64,000 nt of DNA from Candidatus Dojkabacteria bacterium. GTDB taxonomy: Bacteria > Patescibacteriota > Dojkabacteria > J137. The translations under genes and the position numbers were made by a program. The stretch spans positions 23,778 to 87,777 of the forward strand of contig JAUQWV010000001.1 in the NCBI GenBank assembly GCA_030834985.1, read 5' to 3'. A model generated the notes under the pieces. It ran no database searches and was not told where the DNA came from. It saw nothing but the letters and a program-made list of their open reading frames with translations. This document shows positions 48,601-56,676 of this stretch, piece by piece (the first letter of the stretch is position 1; every line of letters begins with the position of its first letter).

Positions 48601-49523
48601 AAAAAATAATTTCAGCAACTCCAAAGGATTGTAAACCTTATGTAGACAGCATAGAGATGAAAAAAGATATTGATAGAACTTCTAAAGAGATCAGATTTTC
48701 ATCAATAGATGGATTTAACTGCGAAAATATGAACCTGTACAATATTAACTTAGAGAATGGTTTTTTAATTACTGTAGAAGGCAGAAATGATACTGGTGCA
48801 GGATTAGTTTTAAATGTAAGCGATTTCTTTTATAAAAAAGTTTATTACGTAAATAGACTACCTGTGGATGGTGAATTTACAGAAGTATTAACATTACCAA
48901 ACTTAGTTAATAATCCGTCAAATGGAATAAATATCTTTGTAAATAATCAGTCGGTGGGACCAGGGCAAACTATTAATGCTCTAAAAGAGATTTCTGTTAG
49001 TCCAATAATATATAATTGGCTCTCCTCTATTAAGGTTGAAAGTGCAGATAAATTCAGTGTTATAAATAATATTAAAAATGTAAACAAGCTTAGCACTACA
49101 AGCTATAAAGTGGAGTTAAATCCTGTTTTGAAAGATGCTTTATTACAGTTTAATCAAAGTTTTGAAATTAATTGGTTAGCCTATAATCAAGAAGGTGAAT
49201 TATTACAGCGATATGGAACTGTAAATGCTAATACCGAAAAATCAGAATGGAATAATTATTGGCTGATTCCTGCTGGCACAACAACTATTTACATAGAATA
49301 TAGGACTCAAACTTATCAATACTTGGCATACTTGGTAGTAGCTTTAACTTTGTTAGCGCTAGCGGGAACAGCTTGGTATCAAAGTAGACGTGCTAAAAAT
49401 GTTCGAAAAGAAGTAGATAAAATTCTTAGAAAAATGGGTAAAAGCCAGAAATTACTGATTGAACGTAGAATTGAGCCTAGAATTGATAGATACAAGAAAT
49501 TTAATAAAAAAGATCTAAGTTAG
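45675..49523 (+). CDS. Giant (about 1280 aa) membrane protein: N-terminal ~14-TM domain + large extracytoplasmic domain + C-terminal TM
   Basis: The ORF track starts at 45477 in GC-rich leftover sequence. The likely start is ATG 45675 (MKFKKVLNK...). Confidence 0.55.
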   Translation: MKFKKVLNKIKDTILDYKFLIILVIIWLLICYTNYTPNTFITGWDNLHPEFDYSMNLKRLLTSSWAEYQGLGAPGAHSHASEIPRMLIIGILNLVFEQQAVRYAFVFGTIIIGVLGVYFLVRNIILKYKKKSLRDFSAFVAALFYMLNIGTVQHYIATFEMFNIQYALLPWLIYTALRFLDTKRHKYLLMFGIITFFAAPMAYAVMLWLAYFAALAVFLLINVIQKRDISTLKSSFFLLASTLLINLFWLVPNLYFVFNHSNYVPTAKTNLIFSEEAFLTNQKYGNLIDIFLNKGFLFDWQIRNTNYTFEPIMGAWDTHLDNPLILAIALLCLALIIAGILYAIAKRNRYLISIIGILIFSVVVLIGINPPFTDLWESVVSKIPALQEAIRFPFTKFSILFIFAQTLLLSGGVYAVSQIITKKIRFNYGGLLVLIAVLFVAFVYSLPTFQGNFINKSLRINIPQDYFELFDYFKDQDKATRIANFPVSSLFGWFYTDWGYQGSGFLWYGIEQPILDRDFDRWYTTLENYYDEISSAVYTNNAESLKEVLAKYAIDWIVIDEHVMSSSEESNIVFNENLASSEMAYKETKALLDQIPEIQQAARFGKIYVYKVTLDYDQEFVETLEEDSSGKPIESKSIFLEDNFGRKTNESFFRKLNNDYLVYNNTIYTLDNEPLNLHIPQIFDLETNIPATISARVNGNNLDVKISYQVPRIDINNRTYVDYGRSRILSFKLNNVTDTYYLKVDEQYILINDPATIWQSYGVADIDLTKDLSLKLYNAQNPVDLTSRLNLEDAQINNCVGGTISNRSGVRFNNEVLTLSSVGENLCVDFTFTTLNALESLYELKLDYRSDEGVKADACIKFSEGCVNSKNFTSDFIPGLWYESSTYAWDLSTNRMGVSLILNNSVPENQSAISYRNIYLYRYALEDSKSLSINEIKNDIRIQNTELIVLPKSNRIDVQFTIPWAKKYEFDYDMLQKIISATPKDCKPYVDSIEMKKDIDRTSKEIRFSSIDGFNCENMNLYNINLENGFLITVEGRNDTGAGLVLNVSDFFYKKVYYVNRLPVDGEFTEVLTLPNLVNNPSNGINIFVNNQSVGPGQTINALKEISVSPIIYNWLSSIKVESADKFSVINNIKNVNKLSTTSYKVELNPVLKDALLQFNQSFEINWLAYNQEGELLQRYGTVNANTEKSEWNNYWLIPAGTTTIYIEYRTQTYQYLAYLVVALTLLALAGTAWYQSRRAKNVRKEVDKILRKMGKSQKLLIERRIEPRIDRYKKFNKKDLS

Positions 49524-49630
49524 CGCTGAATTATTCAGGTTCTTATCTGCGCTCAGAGGCATTAAAGTTTATAGACTTGAGACTTTCCTTTTGATATAAT
49601 TCAGCGCTATTCAACATAGCAAGGCCATTC

Positions 49631-49707
49631 AGGCCCCATCGTCTAGCGGTCTAGGACATTGCCTTTTCAAGGCAGTAACCGGGGTTCGAGTCCCCGTGGG
49701 GTCACCA
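49631..49707 (+). tRNA. tRNA-Glu (anticodon UUC), CCA encoded
   Basis: Hand-folded. Acceptor GGCCCCA/TGGGGTC. D-arm TCGTCTAGCGGTCTAGGAC (Glu-type). Anticodon loop TTTTCAA. T-arm GGGG TTCGAGT CCCC. ACCA 3' end. Confidence 0.85.
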
Positions 49708-51166
49708 TTATAGAATTTTCACCACCTAATTCTTCATTAAGCAATGCAGGTAATGGTCTTGTATCAGTTGTAAATTCACCATCTTTAAATATTAAACCGC
49801 TAGGAAATAGCCATTTTTGCAACTTATTTTGTATCTCAACTTCTGTATTTTCCCATGCACCACTTAAATTTGTTAAGAAATTAATGCTGTAATCCATCAA
49901 TTCCTGCTCATCTGCTTCAGGTTGATTATATTTTAATAATTCCATTCTAATCCCTGCAATTTCGCTTTCTAATTGGCTTATTTTTGTTCTTGCAACCTCA
50001 TCACTGATTACTCCTTCAATATTTTTGTCAATAACTGAATTTTGTTTATGTTTCAATTCATTTAATTGGTTCTCTAAAATTAGCCTTTCCTTTTTTATTT
50101 CTGCTGTTTCCTGCTCCCAGTTTAATTTGATTGCTGTTTTAATCACATTTGCAATGTTCTCATCTAACCTAATAGTTTCAAGGTAATCTTTAAATCTGGA
50201 TTCAACATAGTCCTTTTTGATATTTACACCCTTACAGTTAGTGCATCTATAATGTCCATATTTCTTTTTAGCCCAATTGCCTGTCATGGTTTTTCTGCAA
50301 TTTCCACATTTCACAATACCTCTTAATGGAAAATCTGGATTCACTTTTTTATAAATCGGGAGCTTTTTAGATTTACCATTTAATACAAATTGTACTTGGT
50401 CAAATACTTCTGGTTCTACAATTGCTTCAAAATTGCCCTTTTGATAAATGCTCATTTTAGGAATGTTAATGTATCCTTTATAAATGGGATTCTTTAACAT
50501 CTTGTAAAAGTGGGATTTAGTTAATGCTTTCCCGTCATTTCTAACTACTCCGATTTGTTTAGCTTTTTGCCTTACTTCTTCTAAACTTCTGTGACCTTCT
50601 AGCACCAAGTTAAAAACTTCCTTTATTTTAGGTGCTAATAATTGATTTGGGACTATATTTGATGTTCCTCTTCCTCCAACCCTATCAAATCCATAAGGCT
50701 CTTTAAAAGTGTATCTACCGTCTTTTAAAGCTTCAATCATTCCATTTCTACTTCTTTCACCCCTTACCTCATTATCAAATTGAGCGATTCCAGCCAACAT
50801 TGTCTCAACAAGTCTGCCTACAGGATTATCTTCAATAGCTTCTGTTATAGATATTACTTTTACTCCACACTGATAAAAATAAGCTTTTAAAGTTGCATAA
50901 TCTACAGATGCTCTTGATAGCCTATCTATTTTATAAATTAGCAATGAATCAATCTCGCCTTGATGGTCTTTGCAGTATTTCATCATTTCCTGCAATTTTG
51001 TTCTACTTATTGTTTTTGCACTTTCTCCTTCTTCAATAAATACTTCTACAATCTCAAGTCCTTCTTTTTGTGCATAAAGCCTGCAAAGCCTCTCCTGTGT
51101 TTTTAAGCTATTACCATCATCAGCCTGTTCTTGTGTTGATACTCTACAATATATTATTCCTTTCAT
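49667..51166 (-). CDS. Large serine recombinase (phage-type serine integrase)
   Basis: N-terminal resolvase catalytic domain (YCRVSTQEQ, Ser nucleophile). Recombinase domain, zinc ribbon (CGNC...C.NC) and coiled-coil. Last 41 nt overlap tRNA-Glu. Confidence 0.85.
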   Translation of the reverse strand: MKGIIYCRVSTQEQADDGNSLKTQERLCRLYAQKEGLEIVEVFIEEGESAKTISRTKLQEMMKYCKDHQGEIDSLLIYKIDRLSRASVDYATLKAYFYQCGVKVISITEAIEDNPVGRLVETMLAGIAQFDNEVRGERSRNGMIEALKDGRYTFKEPYGFDRVGGRGTSNIVPNQLLAPKIKEVFNLVLEGHRSLEEVRQKAKQIGVVRNDGKALTKSHFYKMLKNPIYKGYINIPKMSIYQKGNFEAIVEPEVFDQVQFVLNGKSKKLPIYKKVNPDFPLRGIVKCGNCRKTMTGNWAKKKYGHYRCTNCKGVNIKKDYVESRFKDYLETIRLDENIANVIKTAIKLNWEQETAEIKKERLILENQLNELKHKQNSVIDKNIEGVISDEVARTKISQLESEIAGIRMELLKYNQPEADEQELMDYSINFLTNLSGAWENTEVEIQNKLQKWLFPSGLIFKDGEFTTDTRPLPALLNEELGGENSIMVTPRGLEPRLLP

Positions 51167-51318
51167 TTGTTTTTCTTGTATAACAAATAGGCTTCCATCA
51201 CTATTCTGGCAAACATATCTATTTCATCCACCAGCTTTTCAATTAGAAATTTATCTTCAATTCCTAACGCTCTTATCTCTTTTTCTAAGAGTTTTCTTTT
51301 TTTGTCTTCCTGACTCAT
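51163..51318 (-). CDS. Small ORF (51 aa) overlapping the integrase start (TGA/ATG overlap); possible directionality factor/regulator
   Basis: Found manually; it is below the ORF-track cutoff. MSQEDKKRKLLEKEIRALG.... Confidence 0.35.
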   Translation of the reverse strand: MSQEDKKRKLLEKEIRALGIEDKFLIEKLVDEIDMFARIVMEAYLLYKKNK

Positions 51319-51411
51319 AGCTAAAACAATAAATTGCTTTAGCCTGAGTGCCTCTCAGCGCATCTGCTTGTAATTAAATAATCTATATTCCTGCCGTTTC
51401 TAGCTCAGAAT

Positions 51412-52233
51412 TTAGATTTTATAAACATCTTCCAATTTATAACTAACAATTTTGCCGTCTCTCTTTGTTATTTTTATATTAGTAAAATCTTTCTCTTTCA
51501 TTGATTCTATTAGCTCAATTTCAGTCATACCTTCAGTATTCTTTTCAAGTTCTCCATAAACATTAAATGTATTTTTATCTTTCTTCTTTATTGTGACTAA
51601 TGAGTAATTCTTATTCCTTAAAATATCTAATATTTCATTTTCTTTGTCAGATACTTTAGAACTTTGGGAGAAGTTAGCCATCAGTTCTACTAGATTATTA
51701 TGGCTTGGGAATTTAGAGTCTTCACCTTTTGTGAGTTTCCACACTTTCCTTACTATTTCATTAAAATTTATTAATGTATAGGAATGGTAATTTGAATCAA
51801 CAACAGTTTGATAACCAGTATCAACAAACCAAGATCTACCATCTGCAGTGAGAATAAGGGAGATTTTCACAGTACCCAAAACTAGAAGTAAAACATGGTC
51901 AACATCAGAAAACTTGGCGGTTCCTTTATTATGTTTATAAAAATCATCCCTAAGTTCTTGAAGTAAATCATTTTCAATTCCGTATTTTCTAAATTCAAGA
52001 ATTGTATATAGATACACCAGGTCTTTAAAACTAAATTTACGCCAACCTCTTTCATTTTCTCTCTCATCTTGAAGCATCGCACTTGCTCCTAGCGAGTTTA
52101 TTTGTCTATAGCTTAATGTTGAGTCTTTGACAGTATACTTTTTCTCACTTAATTTCTTATTTAGTTGTAATTTCACATCATCATTGCTATTGATGTAATA
52201 CCCAACCATTAATGATTCCGATATTAAAATCAT
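51412..52233 (-). CDS. MerR-type HTH protein with ~170-aa C-terminal domain of unknown function
   Basis: N-terminal YTVKDSTLSYRQINSLG...ENERGWRKFSFKDLVYLYTILEFRKYG matches the MerR HTH/wing pattern. Confidence 0.5.
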   Translation of the reverse strand: MILISESLMVGYYINSNDDVKLQLNKKLSEKKYTVKDSTLSYRQINSLGASAMLQDERENERGWRKFSFKDLVYLYTILEFRKYGIENDLLQELRDDFYKHNKGTAKFSDVDHVLLLVLGTVKISLILTADGRSWFVDTGYQTVVDSNYHSYTLINFNEIVRKVWKLTKGEDSKFPSHNNLVELMANFSQSSKVSDKENEILDILRNKNYSLVTIKKKDKNTFNVYGELEKNTEGMTEIELIESMKEKDFTNIKITKRDGKIVSYKLEDVYKI

Positions 52234-52304
52234 AAAACTATACTTACATGTATAATTTTATTTTATAAGGATTAAATTGAACTGTCAAGTATAATTTGAG
52301 GGAA

Positions 52305-53291
52305 TTAAAGTTTGCTTAAATCTTCTTTAATTTTTTTTGCAATATGTTTAGCAAATTCAACAGGTACAGCATTCCCGATCATCTTATATCCATCTGCAAT
52401 ATTGGTATATTTAAAGACAAAATCATCTGGAAATGTTTGGATTCTTGCGCATTCTCTAACTGAAAGTCTCCTATACAAGTCTTCTTTCCCAGGTACAAAA
52501 ATTCTTTTATTTTGCTCTACAAAAAGCATTTTAGGAGCTTGGGGATGTATTGGAGCATGTCTTCCACCAGCCTGGATAGTAAATGATGGTTCATCCCAAC
52601 TCCTAACCCTATTTCTTGACATGTACATTGTTGAGAATCCACCTGTCATGTATTCATGATTTGTAATACTTAATTCTTCTCCATTTGTCTTGTTGAAACT
52701 CAATGCAGGTTTGGGAGCTGGCAAGTCGCCAATTGCATCTTTTAAATTAAGTTTTTTATCCAATGGTTTTGGAAATTCAAATTTAAATCCGACTTTCTTC
52801 TTATGGAATCCTACAATAATTACTCTTTGTCTATCTTCAGGGACTCCATAATCATTAGCATTTAAAAGATCAAAACTAATATGATAGCCAGCATCTTCAA
52901 ACTCTTTAATTATTGCTGTAAAGGCTTCTTTATGCCTAATTGATAATATTCCAGATACATTTTCTGCAAGAAAGAATAGAGGTTGTTTATCTTTTAAAAC
53001 TCTGATGTATTCATAAAATAATTGACCTCTTTTATCATTTATTCCTCTTCCTGCACCTGCTTCACTCCAGCTTTGACAAGGTGGTCCTCCTACAATTCCT
53101 TCTGCTTCAGGAATATCTTCATTTGGTACATCAACAATGCTTCTCTTATCTAATTTTGTTTCTGGAAAATTTGCTTCAAATGTACTCCAGATAGTTTTAT
53201 CATATTCATTTGCCCATACAATATTAAATCCTGCTTTTTTAAAACCAAGATCAAGACCACCAGCACCTGTAAAAAGTGATACAACTTTCAT
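52305..53291 (-). CDS. DNA (cytosine-5)-methyltransferase
   Basis: Motif I FTGAGG, motif IV PPCQ, motif VI ENV. Confidence 0.9.
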   Translation of the reverse strand: MKVVSLFTGAGGLDLGFKKAGFNIVWANEYDKTIWSTFEANFPETKLDKRSIVDVPNEDIPEAEGIVGGPPCQSWSEAGAGRGINDKRGQLFYEYIRVLKDKQPLFFLAENVSGILSIRHKEAFTAIIKEFEDAGYHISFDLLNANDYGVPEDRQRVIIVGFHKKKVGFKFEFPKPLDKKLNLKDAIGDLPAPKPALSFNKTNGEELSITNHEYMTGGFSTMYMSRNRVRSWDEPSFTIQAGGRHAPIHPQAPKMLFVEQNKRIFVPGKEDLYRRLSVRECARIQTFPDDFVFKYTNIADGYKMIGNAVPVEFAKHIAKKIKEDLSKL

Positions 53292-53292
53292 G

Positions 53293-54135
53293 TTAGATTC
53301 TAAAACTTAAAACTTTTGCATCAAGAAGATTAGCGGGATTATTTGGAGATTTAATTTTTACATCTTTGATCTCCAATTTATTCTCAATATTCTTTCTATC
53401 ACTTTCTGGGAATGATTCATATTTTGTCTTAAGCATTATTGCATTAACAACTAAATCATTATCTACTTGAGAAGGAATTACATAGTTAAATACTCGGTGC
53501 GGATTTTCAATTCCCCACATTCCTCTAACTCTTAAGTAAGTTATACCCAACGGGTCAACTCTGTTGACTCTTGCTAATTCATTAGTTTCTCCAAATTCTA
53601 CATCTTTTAATTCATTTAATCCTTGAGAAATTTTATTGCTAATTCGCTCATAGACTTCTTTATTTGCAGCATAACAATCTCCATAAACAAACCAAAGTTT
53701 TTTCAACTTTGAATCTTTAATCACTCCAACAACATACAATAAATCTTTTTCGGTCCAGTTTTCAGCAGTTCTGCACGCATTTGTTATCATTGGGCTGTCT
53801 GCATACAATTTATCTTTAGGATATGAGCTGTTCAATGCTATACCAGAGTTTACCCCTTCAATTTTTTTAACTTCAATTGCATCTCCACCTCTTATCATTA
53901 CATCTGGTGGATTATTTTGATTGCCAATGTATGAAAAATATTGACTGTGGGTTAATATTTTGTTTTCAATATTTGAATCAGATTCTCCAACAGTATTGCA
54001 AAATAAATCTCTAACATAATATTCTAAAGCCTCACCAACATTATTAATTCTATTGCTTGAATTGTAAGTTGCAAGTATATCTGTGATAGGATTTTGAACT
54101 AAGTTTGATAAAGCAACTAAAAGGTTGGTTTCCAT
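53293..54135 (-). CDS. Putative Type II restriction endonuclease (PD-(D/E)XK) cognate to the adjacent MTase
   Basis: PDVMI...GDAIEVKK matches PD-x(n)-(D/E)-x-K. 1-nt spacing to the MTase gene on the same strand. Confidence 0.55.
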   Translation of the reverse strand: METNLLVALSNLVQNPITDILATYNSSNRINNVGEALEYYVRDLFCNTVGESDSNIENKILTHSQYFSYIGNQNNPPDVMIRGGDAIEVKKIEGVNSGIALNSSYPKDKLYADSPMITNACRTAENWTEKDLLYVVGVIKDSKLKKLWFVYGDCYAANKEVYERISNKISQGLNELKDVEFGETNELARVNRVDPLGITYLRVRGMWGIENPHRVFNYVIPSQVDNDLVVNAIMLKTKYESFPESDRKNIENKLEIKDVKIKSPNNPANLLDAKVLSFRI

Positions 54136-54195
54136 ATATTTATATATTAAATGGGTTAAATCTCTAAATAATATACTACGGGTATGCCACTTTTC

Positions 54196-54606
54196 TCAAA
54201 CCTTATTTTCACTTAAGGCTCTAAACTCTTCCTGGCTATATTTTGGTTCAACAATTTCTATAATGTATTTTGATATAGGTTCTTTTTGATTCTCATCTTC
54301 CTTGTTGAACTGTGCCTTACTCACATGTCTGTCAACCCAATCTAATAGGAATTTATCACTTTTTAAACCTTTTGAAACATACTTAATTGCCATAACATCT
54401 CTGATTGTATATTTAGCTTTTGATTTTTCTGCCTCTTTTTCTATTCTCTCAAATTCTTCTAATGATAATTCTTGATATTCCATTACTTTATCCATAAACG
54501 CCTGTGCAGATTTTTTTCTTTTCCACCCTTCCGACTTAGCCTCACCACTTGGTTGGTTATTAGAATTAAATTGTGTATTTTCCCCGTTTTTAACGCCGTT
54601 TTTCAT
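54196..54606 (-). CDS. Hypothetical protein (136 aa), downstream partner of a coupled gene pair
   Basis: ATGA start/stop overlap with the upstream gene. Basic N-terminus (GWKRKKSAQA). No recognisable family. Confidence 0.45.
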   Translation of the reverse strand: MKNGVKNGENTQFNSNNQPSGEAKSEGWKRKKSAQAFMDKVMEYQELSLEEFERIEKEAEKSKAKYTIRDVMAIKYVSKGLKSDKFLLDWVDRHVSKAQFNKEDENQKEPISKYIIEIVEPKYSQEEFRALSENKV

Positions 54607-55238
54607 TTACTTTTAATAAATTTAATTGCTTCTTTTATTTTTTCATCAGTGTACTCATTATTTTCTAAATCTGTGATAATCTGTTTTCTAATTTCCATTG
54701 TCCAATACCAAAGTACATCACAATTCACCCATAAAACATCTTTACTATCAAAACTAAAAGGGTTTTGCTTTTCTGTTATTATTTTATTCTGTAATTCAAT
54801 ATAAGTGCTTGCCTCATCTGGAACTATCTTGGCTTTAGGAAATGCTACATGAATCAATCTATGTCTTATTCTCTTCCAAAATTCTAAAATTTGTTTATCG
54901 CTATAATTCCAATTATTCACTTTAGCTCTTAAAAGTTTTTGTATTGCATCAGTTTCATTTATGTCACCCTGACTATTCATGCACACTTTATCTGCGAGTA
55001 TCACATAAGTCTTAGCAATTAAACCTAAAACAGTTACAGATATTAGTGCGATTGCAAGATTACCACCACCTAAACTATTCTCCTCCATAAATTTTTTACC
55101 ATCGGTTCTTAAAAACTGAAAAGTTCTTACATCTCCTGTATAAATTGTAAACTCATCTTTTAAAGGTTTTTCACCTTTCATTATTTCTATTAAAATTTCT
55201 CTATCTGACATATTTGAAAAAAACTTAATTATTATCAA
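54603..55238 (-). CDS. Hypothetical protein (211 aa) with a possible HEPN-like R-x4-6-H motif (RIRHRLIH)
   Basis: ORF with one hydrophobic segment. R-x4-6-H motif noted. First gene of the coupled pair. Confidence 0.45.
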   Translation of the reverse strand: MIIIKFFSNMSDREILIEIMKGEKPLKDEFTIYTGDVRTFQFLRTDGKKFMEENSLGGGNLAIALISVTVLGLIAKTYVILADKVCMNSQGDINETDAIQKLLRAKVNNWNYSDKQILEFWKRIRHRLIHVAFPKAKIVPDEASTYIELQNKIITEKQNPFSFDSKDVLWVNCDVLWYWTMEIRKQIITDLENNEYTDEKIKEAIKFIKSK

Positions 55239-55433
55239 TTATAATACTTGTGTACCTCTTTAGTTGTATTACTAGTAGGTATTAAGATTGATAAATGTAG
55301 ATTGAAGATTAAAAGCTTTTATTAAAGAACCTAATTCTGTTAAGCTTTCAATGGCTGAGTTGTAAAATGGTTTCTTTAGGGTCAAATTTTTCCTCTAATT
55401 TACATAACGATATTCAAGTGCTACTATTAAGTT

Positions 55434-55784
55434 ATGGATATCACTCTTAAGCGCGCATACGAAGCTACAGCGCTCACTGATGGTTATCGGGTATTGGTTG
55501 ATCGTTTATGGCCACGAGGTATTTCTAAAAAGGATATTAATATCGATGAGTGGTGTAAAGATGTTGCACCAAGTATGAAGCTTCGTAAATGGTTTGCTCA
55601 TGATCCTGCTAAATTTGCAGAATTCACTAAGCGCTATCTTACGGAATTAAAATCTTCAGATGCTGCACAGCAATTAATAAAACGTGCTAAAGCTAAAGAT
55701 AAGCATTTAACGCTTGTTTTTGCAGCAAGAGATCCGAATGTAAACCATGTAGTTGTGCTTAAGCAATATTTAGAATCTCTCTAA
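55434..55784 (+). CDS. DUF488 (YeaO-like) family protein
   Basis: Near-identical block to E. coli YeaO (DGYRVLVDRLWPRGI.K.D...EW.K...PS..LRKWF). Confidence 0.75.
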   Translation: MDITLKRAYEATALTDGYRVLVDRLWPRGISKKDINIDEWCKDVAPSMKLRKWFAHDPAKFAEFTKRYLTELKSSDAAQQLIKRAKAKDKHLTLVFAARDPNVNHVVVLKQYLESL

Positions 55785-55815
55785 TCTTCACTGATTCTAG
55801 GTTTATAATACGTGT

Positions 55816-56676
55816 GTGAATGAAATCGAACTACACAACTATAATTTAGAAAAAACTCTTTTAGGCGGTCAAAGCTTCAATTGGGATTTAATTGATGGAA
55901 CGTTTTACGGCTTTTTTGTAGATAAAGTTGTAAAACTCAAGCAAGAAGAAAACAAACTATACTGGCAGACTTATCCTGAAAAAGATAATTTTGACTTTAT
56001 AAAGCAATATCTAAGACTTGGCGTTGATTACAACAAGATACTTACTCAAATCAACAAGGATGAATGGGTAGATGCTTCTATAAAAAAATATCCAAACTTA
56101 AGAATTCTAAAACAAGATTTTGATCAGACTTTAATTTCGTATATTATATCGGCCAACAATAATATCAATTCAATAAGAAGGATTGTGCGGAATCTTTCAC
56201 GAAGTTTAGGTAAGCAAGTTACTGTTGATAATCTCACTTTTAATTTATTCCCAAGTGTTGAAAGTATTGCACAAGCTCCACTAGAAACCTTGTTGGAAAC
56301 AAAAGCTGGTTACAGAGCAAGATATCTTAAAGATTCCGCACAAAAGTTATTTGTAGAAGGTCAAAAACTATCAAATAATGAAGATGAGATTATTAAATGG
56401 TTATTAGAATTTCCAGGTATTGGTGAAAAAGTTGCAGATGCAATTCTTCAATATTCGTTAGGATTTGATAATGTAACACCTTTAGATGTTTGGGTACAAA
56501 GGATACTGATAGATTTATATTTAGTAGATTCAAAAGCTAACTACAAAAAGATGAGAGCATGGCTTCAAAGTTATTTTAATGGCTATGCTGGCTGGGCTGG
56601 TCAGTTTTTGTACGAATACTATAGAAATGAGTATAAGTTTATTAAATCGAAATCACTTGTTGGCAGTGATAATTAA
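55816..56676 (+). CDS. ogg: 8-oxoguanine DNA glycosylase (OGG-type, HhH-GPD)
   Basis: N-terminal GQSFNW. HhH motif EFPGIGEKVADAIL, followed by the catalytic Asp region PLDVW. Confidence 0.7.
   Translation: MNEIELHNYNLEKTLLGGQSFNWDLIDGTFYGFFVDKVVKLKQEENKLYWQTYPEKDNFDFIKQYLRLGVDYNKILTQINKDEWVDASIKKYPNLRILKQDFDQTLISYIISANNNINSIRRIVRNLSRSLGKQVTVDNLTFNLFPSVESIAQAPLETLLETKAGYRARYLKDSAQKLFVEGQKLSNNEDEIIKWLLEFPGIGEKVADAILQYSLGFDNVTPLDVWVQRILIDLYLVDSKANYKKMRAWLQSYFNGYAGWAGQFLYEYYRNEYKFIKSKSLVGSDN

Larger units (their letters stand above)
49631..55240. mobile_element. Putative integrated element at tRNA-Glu (serine recombinase, R-M system, accessory genes); right boundary uncertain
   Basis: Integrase abuts/overlaps the tRNA. 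All seven genes are on the minus strand. Accessory/defense content. Strand and function switch after 55.3 kb. Confidence 0.45.

Noticed and set aside
55239-55433. Searched the right flank of the island for a direct repeat of the tRNA-Glu 3' half (attR)
   Set aside because: None was found by eye. Serine integrases need only a 2-bp core, so its absence does not argue against integration. I therefore left the right boundary as uncertain rather than calling a repeat.
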